A DNA stretch of 64,000 nucleotides from an uncultured delta proteobacterium (lineage in GTDB: Bacteria > Desulfobacterota > RBG-13-43-22): NCBI GenBank assembly GCA_963843145.1, contig CAWJJC010000010.1:160001-224000 (forward strand), given 5' to 3'. The notes under the pieces were generated by a model. That model made no database searches. It saw nothing but the letters and a program-made list of their open reading frames with translations, and was not told where the DNA came from. Below, one piece after another: positions 31,003 to 40,678 of the stretch. The position numbers were made by a program, and so were the translations under genes. Position 1 is the stretch's first letter; the number at the start of each line of letters is the position of its first letter.

Positions 31003-31101
31003 AATGATTCCTCCCGATTTATTTGGTGTTTTGGACAACGGCCCGAAAAAACCTGCCGGTTATCATACTTTTTTTGGGTATCTTCGTCAAAAGATAATGA
31101 G

Positions 31102-31162
31102 TTCTCTGCGATCTCTGTGTGCTCTGTGAGAGATCGTCTTTGGTCTTTGGTTGTGGATGGCC
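31102..31162 (-). repeat. Partial inverted copy of repeat family B
   Basis: TTCTCTGCGATCTCTGTGTGCTCTGTGAGAGATCGTCT is the reverse complement of the sequence at ~38286-38323. Confidence 0.7.
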
Positions 31163-31247
31163 GGCCCTTGTCTTTAACGGCCGCTTCTGCTATCCTGATT
31201 TTCAAAGCGCTGTCTAAGAATAAGCGTGGAAAGGAGAAAATTTCCCC

Positions 31248-31523
31248 ATGAAGCATAATTCCTATTTTGAAGGAAAGGTCCAAAGCCTGGGCATCACTAC
31301 GCCGGAAGGCTACGCCACCGTCGGGGTCATCGAGCCCGGACAATATACCTTTTCCACCGATTCCGAAGAGCATTTATCTATAATCGCCGGTTCCATGAAG
31401 GTGAAACTGCCGGGCGGCTCCTGGCGGCTGGTCAATCGGAACGACTCCTTCGTGGTCCCGCCCCAGGCCTCTTTCGAGATCGACGCCCCGGCCGACGTGG
31501 CTTATATCTGTTATTACAAATAG
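31248..31523 (+). CDS. ppnP: Pyrimidine/purine nucleoside phosphorylase (DUF1255 cupin)
   Basis: NSYFEGKVQS, ATVGVIEPG.YTFST..E, Y.CYY. Confidence 0.85.
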   Translation: MKHNSYFEGKVQSLGITTPEGYATVGVIEPGQYTFSTDSEEHLSIIAGSMKVKLPGGSWRLVNRNDSFVVPPQASFEIDAPADVAYICYYK

Positions 31524-31637
31524 GTTGTTCGCCCTTCTTTTTAGGGGAGGGTGGGTACCCTAATTCGTAGAATCGAGCAATCCGGATCTTGAGGGGCACC
31601 GGGTCTCGGCTGCCAGGCACCCTAAAGGAAGATTAAG

Positions 31638-33518
31638 ATGTATCATCAAGATGATTTCAGATCCAAGCTAATTGATATCAACAGGCTGATCAAGCGCATC
31701 AAGCCCGGTAGTCGGATATTCCTGAGCAGCGGGGTTGCCTGGCCGGCCTTTACCGTCAAGGGCATCTTGGATAATGCCGCAATCCGCTCTTATGACTTGG
31801 AATTCATTCAATTGTTTTCCATTAGCGATCTGATTTCCCTGACTGAAATCAAAAGTAATTTTCGGCATATCTCCTTCCGCGCGGGTGAAGCCATTCCCGA
31901 GATTATCTGTCACAATGAGAAAATCGACTTTATACCGGCCAACCTCATGGAGATCCCCTACCTGTTCGAGACAGGGACCATTAATGCGGACATGGCCATC
32001 ATCACGGCCTCTCCTCCGGATAACCGGGGATATATGAGCCTGGGCCTGGCTATCGATGTGGCCAGAATCCTCATCCGAAAAGCCGCAACCGTTGTGATGG
32101 AAATCAATCCCAATATGCCCGTGACCTATGGGGATACCTCGATTCATGTCGACCAGGTGGATTATATCATCGAAAGCAGTGAACCCCTGCCGGAGAGAAG
32201 GGGCAAGTCTGTTGACCCTGTTATCGACCGGATCGGTTGGAATATCTCCAACCTCATTCAAGATAATTCCACGGTCATCCTCCATGTGGGTTCCATCTTC
32301 GACGCCGTGGCCCACTATCTAACGACCAAAAAAAATCTAGGTATCTTGACCAACGTGATCTCCGACTGGGTGATCGAGCTGATCGAATCGGGGGCCATCT
32401 CCCTGGAACGGGAAAAGGCCTCGGGTGGGCAGGTTTCTACCAGCTACTGTTACGGCACCAGGGCCCTGTATGACTATGTTCACCAGAATCAGCTTTTTGG
32501 CTTCTACCCCATTGCCAGGCTGGCAGACCCCTATAGGCTTCGAAAGATAGCCAACCTGATCAGTATTATGAACGTGGAAAAGATCGACATCACGGCGGGG
32601 AAAGTAGTCTTCCATTCCGGCGACGACCTGCTTTCCGGCTATGAAAGCAAGTTCAATTTCGCTCTGGGTACGGCCTATTCCAGAAACGGCAAGGTCATCT
32701 TTGCCCTGAGATCTACGGACCGGAACGGCCACAGCAATATCGTCGTTCTACACGAAAACATCGACGGCCGGGTCCGTTCAGCCTTTAGTATTATCCGCTA
32801 TGTCATCACGGAGTACGGTGTGGCCAACCTGTTCGGTAAGTCCATCCGGGAGCGCGCCTTGGCCATGATCGAGATCGCTCATCCCGATCACCGGGAGGAA
32901 CTTTTCCAGAAGGCTAAAGCGGCCGGTTTTCTGTATGGGGACCAGATCTATGAACCCGGATATTCGGTCAACTATCCCCTGGACATTGAAACGATGAAGA
33001 CCTTCAAAGAGGGTCTGGAGGTGAAGATTCGTCCCATTAAACCATCCGATGAGGACATGATGCGCCGGCACTTTTATACCTTTTCCGATGAGTCGAAATA
33101 CTTGCGTTATTTTACGAATATCCGAACGATGCCCCATGCGGACATGCAGAAGTACGTGAATATTGATTACAAAAAGATCATGTCCATTGTCGCCGTTTTA
33201 CAGAAAGGCAATTCCGAAAGAATCATCGCCGAAGGGCGATACGCAGAATATCCTCAGGAGAATACCCACGAACTGGCTTTTCTCGTCGATGAAGTTTTTC
33301 AGGGAAAGGGCATCGGCTCCTTTCTGGTGAATTATCTCATTAAGATCGCCAAGGAAAGAGGGTTGCCGAAGCTGAGCGCCAGCGTCCTGCTCAGGAACAC
33401 CAAAATGCTGGCCGTCTTCAAACGGGCCGATGTGACCCCCCGGATGAAATATGATGGGGAGGTGTGCGAACTGGAATTTATCCTGAATGAGTCGTCCAGC
33501 GCCCAATCTGCCAGTTGA
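31638..33518 (+). CDS. Acetyl-CoA hydrolase/transferase fused to a C-terminal GNAT domain
   Basis: SPPD..GYMSLG, TEYGVANL, RERALAMIEIAHP; IRPIKPSD..FQGKGIG. Confidence 0.88.
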   Translation: MYHQDDFRSKLIDINRLIKRIKPGSRIFLSSGVAWPAFTVKGILDNAAIRSYDLEFIQLFSISDLISLTEIKSNFRHISFRAGEAIPEIICHNEKIDFIPANLMEIPYLFETGTINADMAIITASPPDNRGYMSLGLAIDVARILIRKAATVVMEINPNMPVTYGDTSIHVDQVDYIIESSEPLPERRGKSVDPVIDRIGWNISNLIQDNSTVILHVGSIFDAVAHYLTTKKNLGILTNVISDWVIELIESGAISLEREKASGGQVSTSYCYGTRALYDYVHQNQLFGFYPIARLADPYRLRKIANLISIMNVEKIDITAGKVVFHSGDDLLSGYESKFNFALGTAYSRNGKVIFALRSTDRNGHSNIVVLHENIDGRVRSAFSIIRYVITEYGVANLFGKSIRERALAMIEIAHPDHREELFQKAKAAGFLYGDQIYEPGYSVNYPLDIETMKTFKEGLEVKIRPIKPSDEDMMRRHFYTFSDESKYLRYFTNIRTMPHADMQKYVNIDYKKIMSIVAVLQKGNSERIIAEGRYAEYPQENTHELAFLVDEVFQGKGIGSFLVNYLIKIAKERGLPKLSASVLLRNTKMLAVFKRADVTPRMKYDGEVCELEFILNESSSAQSAS

Positions 33519-33766
33519 TGGTGGAGATGGTGACCCATTGCATCAAGGAGGCGGACCCAACAGAGAGAGATGGGGTCTCTACTTTTTATATTCGGCTACT
33601 CTCCCCCTCCTTTGAGCTTACCCGCGTTTGGGAAACTCTCCGGAGATGCCTGACCTCCACCTCCCGAAATATGCAATTTAGAACCACCTTACCGGGTCAG
33701 AGTTGGAAAAGGCGACATTTCCGTGGACATCGCCCGGGCCAGGGATTTGCGTTTGAAGGATCAAAG

Positions 33767-33921
33767 GTGAAAAAATACGTCATCGATACCAATGCCCTGA
33801 TTTCTTTTGTGACCGATCGGAACCTGGAACAACAGGTATCGTGAAATCGGTCCTGGAAAGTGGTTCACGGCTGAGAGGGGTGGTACTCTGCCACGCCCGC
33901 GTTCTTACCGAATTTGTAAAT
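33767..33921 (+). pseudogene. PIN-domain (VapC-like) toxin remnant
   Basis: GTG-KKYVIDTNALISF, early stop, then VLTEFV in a shifted frame. Confidence 0.6.
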
Positions 33922-34264
33922 AAAAAAAGCCGGGTTGCCCGCCTATTCGTAAAGAGTTCCTCCCGCCTTTGAACCTATTAATCCCCGGTCTTTTTCTGCC
34001 AGTTGTTTCTCTTTCTTCTCAGGTTTCCTCCTCGCCTCCGAATTTTTGCCTACCTTCTTCTTCCAACTCCGAATTAATGCCCCCATCTGCTCACCATCCC
34101 TGGCTTTGGTCCAGACATTTCGGCCAGGCATATTTTGCCAAGTGAAAACCGGGAGGGCTAGTATTTGTTTCCCAATAGTCTGGGGGCTCTACGTGGGATC
34201 CAAAATCCCGTCTGGGAACTCTCGTTAAATCAGTCGCTTGGCCTCAAACCTGGAGGGGTTACAC

Positions 34265-34280
34265 TGGCATGTGGTTTGCA
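34265..34280 (+). promoter_or_regulatory. Sigma54 (-24/-12) promoter
   Basis: TGGCATGTGGTTTGCA against consensus TGGCACGNNNNTTGCW. Confidence 0.65.
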
Positions 34281-34293
34281 ATTCTTAGCGTTC

Positions 34294-34859
34294 ATCAAAC
34301 GTACGTCCGTTTTCCGACAATCAATTCCAGAAAATGGAGCAAATGCTAACCAGGAGGTGTGTATGTCGATTTCCGGCATTTCCGCAAGTACCGATCCTTA
34401 CGAAGCCTACCAGGCCAATGGGCAAAATAACTTAACGCAATTCCGACAGGATTTTCAGGACCTCGCCAGCGCCTTGCAGTCCGGCGATCTGTCGGGAGCC
34501 CAAAAGGTCTTTACCACTCTACAGCAACTGCTGCCTAACCCCTCGGCCGGCAATCAGACCTCAACCGGGCAGCAAGGAAACGGCCAAAACCCATTCGCCG
34601 CTGATTTCAGTGCGCTTGATCAAGCCCTCAAGTCAGGCAATCTTAAGAATGCCCAGGATGCTTTTGCCAAACTGCAACAGGATATGCAGTCTGTTAAAGG
34701 ACATCATCATCACCACCACCATAAGGCGTCTGGAAGCACTCAAAGTGTTGCCCCCACAACCGCCGGGGTCAACGATGGCACCAGTAGCAGCGGTATCAAC
34801 CTTACCGTTTGAACCCTAGTCCCGCTGGGGTCGAAAACGACTACGGACGTACGTTTGAT
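34294..34859. repeat. 17-bp perfect inverted repeats bracketing the His-tract gene
   Basis: ATCAAACGTACGTCCGT (34294-34310) / ACGGACGTACGTTTGAT (34843-34859). Confidence 0.85.
34363..34812 (+). CDS. Gln/Ser-rich hypothetical protein with duplicated LxxALxSGxLxxAQxxF helix, His7 tract and INLTV end
   Basis: AGGAGG RBS; the internal duplication is visible in the translation. Confidence 0.75.
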   Translation: MSISGISASTDPYEAYQANGQNNLTQFRQDFQDLASALQSGDLSGAQKVFTTLQQLLPNPSAGNQTSTGQQGNGQNPFAADFSALDQALKSGNLKNAQDAFAKLQQDMQSVKGHHHHHHHKASGSTQSVAPTTAGVNDGTSSSGINLTV

Positions 34860-35040
34860 AATGGATGATTTCTTTCGGATTCGAGAAGGCATTTAATCCA
34901 AAAACAGGCAGACTATCGACGGGCCAGGGGTGCGTGTTTGAGGGGTTGTAGGTATACGTTGAGATAACTGGAAAATATCCGGCCAGCATTAACTTGAGAT
35001 GAAGGGCCGGTCGGTGCGATTACCACAAGGAACGGGCTGC

Positions 35041-35085
35041 AAAAGCGGGAGAAACCTCCTTAGGCCCTCCCGCCTTTTATTTTTA
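35041..35085. terminator. Probable bidirectional intrinsic terminator
   Basis: AAAAGCGGGAG..CTCCCGCCTTTTATTTTT between convergent genes. Confidence 0.45.
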
Positions 35086-35107
35086 TACCCTTATTAAGTT
35101 ACGATAT

Positions 35108-35227
35108 TTAAGCCCGCCCCGCTGGCGGTGCTTTGCGATTGCCCACTGCTTCCATATCGGTAGCTTGAACGGCTTCGACCAGCCCGCTCAACTTCATCTT
35201 CACTTCGGATAGGGACAGGGTTTTCAT
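35108..35227 (-). pseudogene. Phd/YefM antitoxin N-terminal remnant
   Basis: MKTLSLSEVKMKLSGLVEAVQATD, then diverges; no toxin partner. Confidence 0.65.
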
Positions 35228-35255
35228 TAAAATGACCTCTTTTATGGTTGACCTG

Positions 35256-35864
35256 CTATTGTTTTTTAAAAATCGCTTCCAGTACGTGGTCGCCGGTAAC
35301 TTCCTTGAAGGTGTAGGTGTTAACGGCGCCCTGCGAAACCTTGTCCACCAAAACCTCGGCAACCCGGTAGCCGGGCAGGGGGATAATCTGGAACCTCCGC
35401 TTTTCCCCGTAACCTGCTTTTACATTACCGTAAGGATGGATGACCCCGTTCATCGGGGGGCGGACTTGAATCGTATACGTTCTCAGGGAGAAGGTGGCGG
35501 TGACGGTCCGTTCGGTTGACAGGATGACCGTACAGGTGCGGGAGAATCCTGTGCAGTTTCCGCTCCAGCCCTCGAATACGGAATTCGGGGCGGGAAGCGC
35601 TAACAGGGTCACCATCGTCCCTCTCTTAAAGAAGGGCCCGGCGGGACTGGTTGTCACCTTCCCCCGTCCGTTCCCGGTTCGGAGGATCGTCAGGGCACCC
35701 ACCGGTATAGCCGGTGGCTGATCCGTGTCGGACGGAAGGTCCGGCCGGGTATCCTGTGCCGCTCTGGGGGTTCCCTGACCGAAAACCAGTTCACCAAAAC
35801 AGAACAGGAAGACTGTCAGGCCGAGTACGGGGATCGCCCACTTCAGCCCGTTGCGCCGTTTCAT
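35256..35864 (-). CDS. Secreted protein with two InlB B-repeat-like domains
   Basis: Signal peptide; G.VT.LA.PAPNSVFEGWSG.C..VTATF; PLPGYRVAEVLVD..YTF..H. Confidence 0.75.
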   Translation of the reverse strand: MKRRNGLKWAIPVLGLTVFLFCFGELVFGQGTPRAAQDTRPDLPSDTDQPPAIPVGALTILRTGNGRGKVTTSPAGPFFKRGTMVTLLALPAPNSVFEGWSGNCTGFSRTCTVILSTERTVTATFSLRTYTIQVRPPMNGVIHPYGNVKAGYGEKRRFQIIPLPGYRVAEVLVDKVSQGAVNTYTFKEVTGDHVLEAIFKKQ

Positions 35865-35877
35865 ACCCTTGCTCCTT

Positions 35878-36882
35878 TTATTTGCGAATGGTTATCGGTT
35901 TTCGGTTCTCCAGCCGCTCCAGGGCGGTTTTGACGCTGGTCCGCATCCGCTCGATCGACTGTCCCAAACGGGCGACCTCTCCTTCCCCCTCTACGTCGAC
36001 GGCCGCTTCCAGGTCCCCCATGCTGATCCGGTCGGCCGCTTCCGTCAGGCGGCGGATCGGCCGGACCAGGGAAGACGAAAAGGCGTAGATAACCGCCAGC
36101 AGTACGGCCAGGTCGATCAGGACAATGGCCAAGAAAAGCAGAAACCGGTTTCTGTACCTCTCCGAATAGGAGGCTTGCATTCGGTCCACCTTGGCCTGGA
36201 TGGCGGCTGCCGGTTTACCGAATTCGTCTATATAAGTCGTGGCGGCCACGATCAGGTCCGTGCCCTCCACCGGGGCGCTGAACATGTACTTGGGCCGCAC
36301 CTTGCCATCGATGTCCGTCCATCGGTAATAGCCGCCCGAGGCCCCTTTCAGTCCGGCATCCATGACCTTGACGAATTCCGGCAGTTTATCGCCCAGCCGA
36401 TGCAGGTCGGTCCCCACGATCTTTGGGTTAACGTGAAAATAGTTGATCCCTTTATTGTTGTGAACCGCCGTATAGCCGGTTTCCCCGACCCGCTGGATGG
36501 CGATCTCCTGGAGCCGCGGCTGGTTGGCCAGGGCCGCCTCCGACAGGCCCGGATGTGCTTCCAGGTAGATTTCAATCTGCCGGGCCACTCCCTCGGCTTT
36601 TTCCTGAATGATCTTCTCTCCCAGTTTGTTGAGGGAAGCGACGGATTCTTTGACGCTGGCGGCGCCCAGCTCCTTCAGGCTGTCGGACCCGAGGGCCCGG
36701 ATACTGACCAACGGGCCCACATTGACGAAAAGCAGGCCGGCGATGACCAGGAAGGCGATCAGAATGGGAACGAAGATCCCCAGCAGCAACGTTTTCTTTA
36801 AGCCCAGCCGGTTCCTTCGCTGCCTGAAGGGTCCCGATTTCAGGTCTGGAAAGCCTTCCTCGCGCTTCGATATTTCCGTCAT
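35878..36882 (-). CDS. Membrane protein TM-Cache-TM-HAMP with no output domain
   Basis: RVGETGY..H.NP Cache motif; RPIRRLTEAADRISMGDL..EVARL HAMP at the C-terminus. Confidence 0.8.
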   Translation of the reverse strand: MTEISKREEGFPDLKSGPFRQRRNRLGLKKTLLLGIFVPILIAFLVIAGLLFVNVGPLVSIRALGSDSLKELGAASVKESVASLNKLGEKIIQEKAEGVARQIEIYLEAHPGLSEAALANQPRLQEIAIQRVGETGYTAVHNNKGINYFHVNPKIVGTDLHRLGDKLPEFVKVMDAGLKGASGGYYRWTDIDGKVRPKYMFSAPVEGTDLIVAATTYIDEFGKPAAAIQAKVDRMQASYSERYRNRFLLFLAIVLIDLAVLLAVIYAFSSSLVRPIRRLTEAADRISMGDLEAAVDVEGEGEVARLGQSIERMRTSVKTALERLENRKPITIRK

Positions 36883-36907
36883 GATCGATCCTCCTGATTT
36901 CGAGTGC

Positions 36908-37717
36908 TTACGTGGTTTCGAAGGAAGAAAGCCAGGCGACATACATGGCCTTGCCGAACTTTTCTCGTTTCGGTTCCTCCGTGATCTGGTCACAGACCGT
37001 CGAGATGAAACTTTTCACCCGGTCCTTCGGGAAAGCCTCCCGGGATTCCTCAAAGGCATCCAGGGTATCATTCAGGATAATCCGGGCGATCGGCCCCACC
37101 ACCTTCTTGAGTTCCGTCTCCGCGGCATCGAAAAAGGCCTCGTCAACCGTGGTCCGCAGCCCCGCTTCGGGAATATCGGCGGCCTCCGTTTTTTCGACCA
37201 GCCCTCTTTCAACCAGAACATTGAGAACGCCCGAAATATCAAAAAGGGTCCGCCCGAGCCGGCCGGCCATTTCGGAGACATTCCGCCTCCCGTTGCACAG
37301 GGCGAGTACGCCCCATTGTCCGGCCGGGATCATCCGGTCTTCTCCGTTGCTATCCACCACCAGGGAGAAGACGGCTTCGGCGGAGGGCACCGCTTGCCTG
37401 ATCCTCTTCCACTCCTCCTCCCGTTGGGACCAATTCGCCATGACCTGTTCCGTGGGCAGACGCACCGTGCGTTCATCCGAGGACGTCTGCCAATTGAAGG
37501 TGACCCGGCCGTTGGACAGGTCCATAATGGGCAGGAGCGCCTCTTCTCCGTTCAGGGTGCCGGTCCTGGCGTGGACGATCTGGCCCCCCTCAATATATAA
37601 CTCCGCGCCCTCTTTACCCTTGACCGCCATCAGCCCGGATTTCTTCCCGTCCACCAGGGATTTTACCAGGTCGAATAATCTGGTCTCTGAAAGATCTCCG
37701 ATCAAATCCTTGAACAC
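36908..37717 (-). CDS. DUF4388 (PATAN) domain protein
   Basis: GDLSETRLFDLV..KKSGL..LYIEGGQIVHA..GEEAL..GRVTF; wHTH-like middle region. Confidence 0.8.
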   Translation of the reverse strand: MFKDLIGDLSETRLFDLVKSLVDGKKSGLMAVKGKEGAELYIEGGQIVHARTGTLNGEEALLPIMDLSNGRVTFNWQTSSDERTVRLPTEQVMANWSQREEEWKRIRQAVPSAEAVFSLVVDSNGEDRMIPAGQWGVLALCNGRRNVSEMAGRLGRTLFDISGVLNVLVERGLVEKTEAADIPEAGLRTTVDEAFFDAAETELKKVVGPIARIILNDTLDAFEESREAFPKDRVKSFISTVCDQITEEPKREKFGKAMYVAWLSSFETT

Positions 37718-37894
37718 CGGCCGCCTCCTTTGCCGCTGCGAACCCGGGCCTGGTCGGCAGGAACGCCGACCCGGCGAAAGACTCCGTATTCGTTTTTATA
37801 ATCGTATCAACTTAGGTAGGAATTTCAGAATAGGGTACCCGCTTATCACGGGGATTGTATAGGTATATAGAAAGGTTCTGTAGGAAGTCAAGGG

Positions 37895-38195
37895 GAAAAG
37901 ACCAGATGGAAGAGAGAAGAGGGAAGATGGAAGAAATTGGGGGAAGCCGGAGGGGGGAGATAAGTCGTCAGGCGCAAGAGGGGCTCGTGGGTCTGAAAGT
38001 AAGGAGTGAGGAGCGAGGGCGCGAGGGGCGGCGAAAAAAACCAGATGGGAGCGGGAAGATGGGAGATGGAAGAGATGGGGAAAGAGGAGGAACCGACTGG
38101 AACGTAAGTCGTCAAGCGTGAAAGCGGCTCATAGGTTTTAGCGAGTGGCTCTGAAAACCGTAAGGAGTAAGGCGCGAGGGGGCAAGGGGGGAAAA
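37895..38195. repeat. Purine-rich low-complexity tract of short direct repeats
   Basis: Repeated GATGGAAGA/GGGAAGATGG and GTAAGGAGT..GGCGCGAGGGG units. Confidence 0.5.
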
Positions 38196-38220
38196 ATCAC
38201 TAATGGATCAAGGCGGAATT

Positions 38221-38527
38221 ATTAATGGTCTCAAAATAATATTGATAGGATTCCGTAACGCCGCCCAGTCACAACCAGAGACAAGAGACGATCTCTCACA
38301 GAGCACACAGAGATCGCAGAGAATGGTTAATTTCTGATTGCCGCTGAGAGGCCGGCAATCAGAAAAAATCTCACGCTCCGCGAATAAGACCCCGCCGGAG
38401 GCGTGAGCTGTTTTGAAAAATCGGCGTCTCCGCGATTTTTCAAAAAATAGATTCGTCTTTCTCTGTGCCCTCGGCGAACTCGAGCGAAGCGGGCGAGAGA
38501 TAAAAAGAACACTTGGTGTAAATACAA
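38221..38527. repeat. ~305-bp multi-hairpin repeat, family B copy 1
   Basis: Close direct copy at 55570-55875; hairpins TCTGATTGCCG..CGGCAATCAGA and TTGAAAAATCG..CGATTTTTCAA. Confidence 0.85.
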
Positions 38528-38606
38528 TTATGAAACTGTTAATAGGTCGAAAGGGGGACCAGACCGGCAACCGGCGCAAACCCGCCGATTGGAATCCTGA
38601 GGGGGA

Positions 38607-39737
38607 TTACTTTTCGGCAGGCCGTTCTTGGTTTTTCGCTTTTTTCTCCTCCAGGTTCCTTTGATGCAGGTCTCGGAAAGTTGCGGCGGGCTTAACCCCG
38701 ATCCGGTCCTCTCTCCCCTTCAAGACCACGGCCTCAGTGGGGCAGACCGTGGCGCAGACACCACAGCCGATGCACCACTCCTGATCGATGACCGGTACGT
38801 CGTCTTCCATTTGCACGGCCTGGACCGGACAAATCGTGGCACACGCTCCACAACCCGAACATTTGTGGGGATCGGTTTCTCTCATGAAGTACGTCGCCAT
38901 GATAGCATCCCGTGGAATTTTTCTCCTCCGGATGTTGCCCACATTCCAGCAGGCACAGCCACAGCAGTTGCAGTTGTGTTTGATTTCGCCCTCCGCGTTG
39001 TCCACGAAGTGAACCAATCCGGCCTCTTCGGTGACCCGGATCAGGTCGAGGGCCTCTTCCCTGGTAAGCTCACGGGCCAGGCCTCTATCGATGACGAAGT
39101 CGGCCAATTCATCAAATTTCAAGCAGACTTCGGTGGGGTGCTCACAGCCTCTGCCGAGCAGTCGGTACGAGACGCGGCAGGGACAGTGCGCTACGGCGAT
39201 ACGCCTGGCCTGGGCAATGACCTGCTCCATCAGTTGAACCGGGAAGACCGCCTGTAAATCAGGCTGGATCGCTTTTCCTACCGGGATGTAGCGGTACTGC
39301 TTGGTATGGCTGCCATAGGCCTGCGCGGTAACCTCCCGGTTAAAGTACTTGGCCACCAAGAGGGCCATCTTGCGGGCGTGCGGCGTGTCTTCGCCCTTCC
39401 AGAAAAAAGTCTGCGGGAACCCGAATCCCACCTGCAACAGGGCGTACCCCTTTTCACCGGTCGAGGTTGGGCCCGCATAGAGGAGCCCTTTTTCGACGAG
39501 ACGGTCTAAAGCCGCTTCCAATTCCTCCGGGGACATCGCCGCCCGGGTCCCTATCTCGGAGACAGGGACCGTAGAAAAAGGGATCACACCCGTAGGCAGC
39601 GCCAAAGCGATTTCCGCCTCGGAGGGGTTGAGATTTTCTCTTAAGATTTCCAGCAGGGTTTCCCGGGTGGGGTAACCCATGCCGACCTGGCGCAAGTGAT
39701 CGGCTAACCTTTGATAAACATCCTGTTCTTCCATCAC
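38607..39737 (-). CDS. 4Fe-4S ferredoxin-domain protein with N-terminal wHTH-like region
   Basis: CPCR, CNCCGCAC, CSGCGACATICP, CIGCGVCATVCP. Confidence 0.85.
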   Translation of the reverse strand: MMEEQDVYQRLADHLRQVGMGYPTRETLLEILRENLNPSEAEIALALPTGVIPFSTVPVSEIGTRAAMSPEELEAALDRLVEKGLLYAGPTSTGEKGYALLQVGFGFPQTFFWKGEDTPHARKMALLVAKYFNREVTAQAYGSHTKQYRYIPVGKAIQPDLQAVFPVQLMEQVIAQARRIAVAHCPCRVSYRLLGRGCEHPTEVCLKFDELADFVIDRGLARELTREEALDLIRVTEEAGLVHFVDNAEGEIKHNCNCCGCACWNVGNIRRRKIPRDAIMATYFMRETDPHKCSGCGACATICPVQAVQMEDDVPVIDQEWCIGCGVCATVCPTEAVVLKGREDRIGVKPAATFRDLHQRNLEEKKAKNQERPAEK

Positions 39738-40036
39738 GTTTTCTCCTTGGAGATGATTTCCTCTTTCTTGGAGCGAGGCAGCGCTTTTATTCGTGCTTCT
39801 CGAATGAGGGCTTCGGAATGCGTCAGACTTTCCTGTTGATACAACAGTTTGACGGGCAGGCGGGTTCGGGTGTAGGTTGCCCCCCTACCCTCACTATGTT
39901 GCTTGACCCGGGCCCGGACATCTTTGGCGATCCCCGTATAGAGAGACCCATCCCCGCAGCGGAGAATATAAACGGTCCACTCCTTTCCCCCCTTGGTCTT
40001 CATCCCCTGGATCATTCTTAAGTATTTGGTCTCCAT
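39734..40036 (-). CDS. Small GIY-YIG nuclease (UPF0213/YhbQ-like)
   Basis: VYILRCGDGSLYTG..R..QH..G.GA.YTR..P..L..EA..RE..IK. Confidence 0.9.
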   Translation of the reverse strand: METKYLRMIQGMKTKGGKEWTVYILRCGDGSLYTGIAKDVRARVKQHSEGRGATYTRTRLPVKLLYQQESLTHSEALIREARIKALPRSKKEEIISKEKT

Positions 40037-40106
40037 CTCAGAATTGGTTCATCCCTCGGGCCTCCTGGCTAATGGTCCGGATCCACAGGAGCTCCGTTTT
40101 TATCTA

Positions 40107-40430
40107 TTGACGCTTCGCCCTTTTGGGTGGGTACCCCCCCAGATCTGGTATGGCCGATGGGTCTCGGCGAAAGGGCTTTCCAAAGGTACTCCGGACTTCG
40201 AACCCGGGCCTAAATTACCAATTTTATTTGAAGCAGGCCCAAACTCAAAGGCTTTTGATGCTTCTTCGGCCGGCCCTGCCTCCGTGTAGATTTAGAAACA
40301 TGGGGGCCGGGTTAGAACCTATAAAGCAAGGTGGAAAACCCTTTCGCCGAGACCCATCGGCCACGAAGGCCTGATTTCAATCTAATCTACCAAATATTGT
40401 GGCCACCCACCCAAAAGGGCGAACAACCTA
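40107..40430. mobile_element. MITE-like element, family A copy 2 (inverted relative to 13599-13925)
   Basis: Same terminal and internal IRs with a colinear reverse-complement interior. Confidence 0.75.
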
Positions 40431-40678
40431 TTTATTCAGGCATACCAATAATTAGGGCCGTCTGTCAAACAAAGAAAACCGGAACCGTAGGCCTTATCAG
40501 TAAAAAATTCGAACACGATTATTGTCCTTAACATTTTAACCCTCAATAACTTATAATCGGGTTGGCTTTTTGTCGAAACCACAAATTGATCTATTAACGG
40601 GACGTTTCAGGCAGGGTGGGTCCCTGGAGGCCTTCTCCCGGATGAGGAAGAGGATTCTAACTAAGCGGAGGTTCCCTG

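Noticed and set aside
37895-38195. Possible CRISPR array or small ORFs in the purine-rich tract
   Set aside because: The repeats are short, irregular and lack unique spacers of constant length; no cas genes in the window.
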